This document shows, in pieces, positions 62,205-64,000 of a stretch of DNA of 64,000 bases. Source of the DNA: Felis catus (taxonomy: Eukaryota); contig NC_058368.1 in NCBI RefSeq assembly GCF_018350175.1, forward strand, positions 182,096,001 to 182,160,000, read 5' to 3'. The notes beneath the pieces are model-generated. The model saw nothing but the letters and a program-made list of their open reading frames with translations. It did not search any database and had not been told where the DNA came from. How positions within the stretch are numbered: the first letter of the stretch is position 1; each line of letters starts with the position of its first letter. A program made the translations under genes and the position numbers.

Positions 62205-62370
62205 ACTTCTCCCATCTGGGATCCCTGAAACCTCTAAATCAAATCCTCCCCAAGACTATCAGGCCATTCTGTTTTAGGAGTTCTGGGCTTTGCCAACACT
62301 TTTGCACGCCTGCCTCTCTGTAAGTTAGGTCTTCTGTTACTGAGTGTCCATACAGCATTTTCAGAACAGC
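62205..62370 (+). repeat. Diverged direct repeat, copy 2
   Basis: See 58105-58270; the offset is 4,100 bp. Confidence 0.9.
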
Positions 62371-63619
62371 TCTATAGTCATAAAGTAATGAAGCCTAAAT
62401 ACACTTGCAACTTGACACAAAGTTCAGTGCAAGGAACTCTTTGCTTTTATATTTTACTAGAAAACATCTTTTACTGGTGTTGAGTAACATTGAATTAACA
62501 AGATAGAGAGAGTTGTCGGTAGTCACAGCACAAGGAAACGCATCAGGAATTTATTAGATTTGAATTTATCAGTGCATAGAAATTCATGATGTTTAACTTA
62601 AAGGCAAAAGGAGCAGAACACTTTGAATAACAGCTTGAAGTGGATGATTAGCTAAGGGGATGCAACATTTAATAGCCAAAATAAATTACTATAATTATTT
62701 TATTACCTATGCTAACTGATTCCATTGTTTTTATTGAAATAACAGCTCCCTGAGGAAGGGAACGGTGCTTCAATGAATTTCAGCTGTAGGCTTGTGTGTT
62801 CTTCCACAGCAATCAAAAACAATGAAAAATAGCCTTCATTGATAGTATTCTTCATGTTTTCATTTTAGCACTTGAAGAAAATATCCTATCCAGTGCAAAT
62901 ACCTGGAAATATCTGAAAGCTTCAGGCCAGAAGAGAAAGTCTGTTGAACACAATTTGGTCATTTTTAGAGCTTTAGTTCCCCATAACTGTGCTCATTGAC
63001 TGGCTCACACCCTCACCATAGAAGTCTTTATTCTTTGCCATATATTTTCTAAGAAAGTCTTTTTTGAGATTCTGACATACTCTCTCTCTAGCAAAAATGT
63101 ACGCATGTCCTTGTATTCTTGTACTTATGTTTTTCAAAGTAGTAGAAAGAAGACAGGATGTGTCAGGATGCCAGAGGATGTGTGAAGCCATGGAATAAAA
63201 TATGGCACATTCCTAGAAGGTTCATTTTCCTTGAAGATTTGAGAAAAAAATATTTTTATTAAAAGAAAAATGCATCCACATGGATTCTATAAACCTTTCC
63301 ACACACATGGGAAGGGGACTCCAAAATAAATTGTGAACATGAAGAAGACGGTACCCCTCTCTTCTTATCCCCCTTGATCTTCCCTTCATCTTTCAACTCT
63401 CATGAAAAAGACTCATAAATATTCCTAACCTACTTCTTTAGTTGTTTCCAATGTTCTACTCCTTCAGATGAGCACTTAAAACACCTTTTGCCAATGTAAG
63501 ATATAAGATCCCAAAAAGAGAGAAAACAGAAACTTCTTCACTTTAGGAAAAGTGGGAGATCCATTATAGAGCAATACTTTTAATCCATATTTCAAAGTTT
63601 TTAACCAAACTCTTCTCCT

Positions 63620-63800
63620 ATCTTTCTTCCTTTCTTTCTTCCTTCCTTCCTTTCTTTTCTTTTCTTTCTTTCCCTTCCTTCCTTCCTTCCTTCCTTCCTT
63701 CCTTCCTTCCTTCCTTCCTTCCTTCCTCCTCTCCTCTCCTTCCCTTTCCTAACTTTTCTTTTTTCTTCTCTTCTCTTCTCTTTTCTTTTCTTTCTTTCTT
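63620..63800. repeat. (CCTT)n/(CTTT)n pyrimidine tract
   Basis: Directly visible. Confidence 0.95.
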
Positions 63801-64000
63801 AACAAAGTAAGGTCAATGTTTAAGTTTTTTTCAATTTAATATGCCATGCTTTTTATGTAGTTATTTTCTTCGATTTGGTTTCAGGAAATATTCTGAGATT
63901 TAGATTCTTAGAAGGGTTTTCTCCAAGCCCTTGCAAAAGGCTACTAGTTCAGCATTTACTCATTTACTCATGAATTAATTTTTTTCCAATATATGAAATT

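Overview
AT-rich non-coding mammalian DNA, almost certainly from a felid. The evidence is 27 tRNA-derived Can-SINEs, three of which match the young cat SINEC_Fc form, plus carnivore L1 and a carnivore ERV1-type solo LTR. I recognise no protein-coding gene, RNA gene or CRISPR array. The listed ORFs are microsatellite, SINE or L1 translations, or short chance ORFs. Most of the window is layered transposon fossils: an ERVL LTR with gag/pro remnant, MaLR and ERVL solo LTRs, old L1M, L2 and MIR, hAT MER elements, and one L1 that keeps both ends but lacks most of ORF2. Repeat-poor unique stretches lie between them. The best leads are (1) a CpG-retaining, homeobox-motif-rich enhancer candidate at ~25.7-26.0 kb, (2) the internally deleted 'half-L1' at 50.3-53.9 kb, (3) an unexplained diverged ~165-bp direct repeat whose copies lie 4,100 bp apart (58.1 and 62.2 kb), and (4) two weak 100-nt exon candidates. 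I found no convincing new biological system. Family names come from recalled consensus sequences read by eye, and the boundaries of old elements are approximate.
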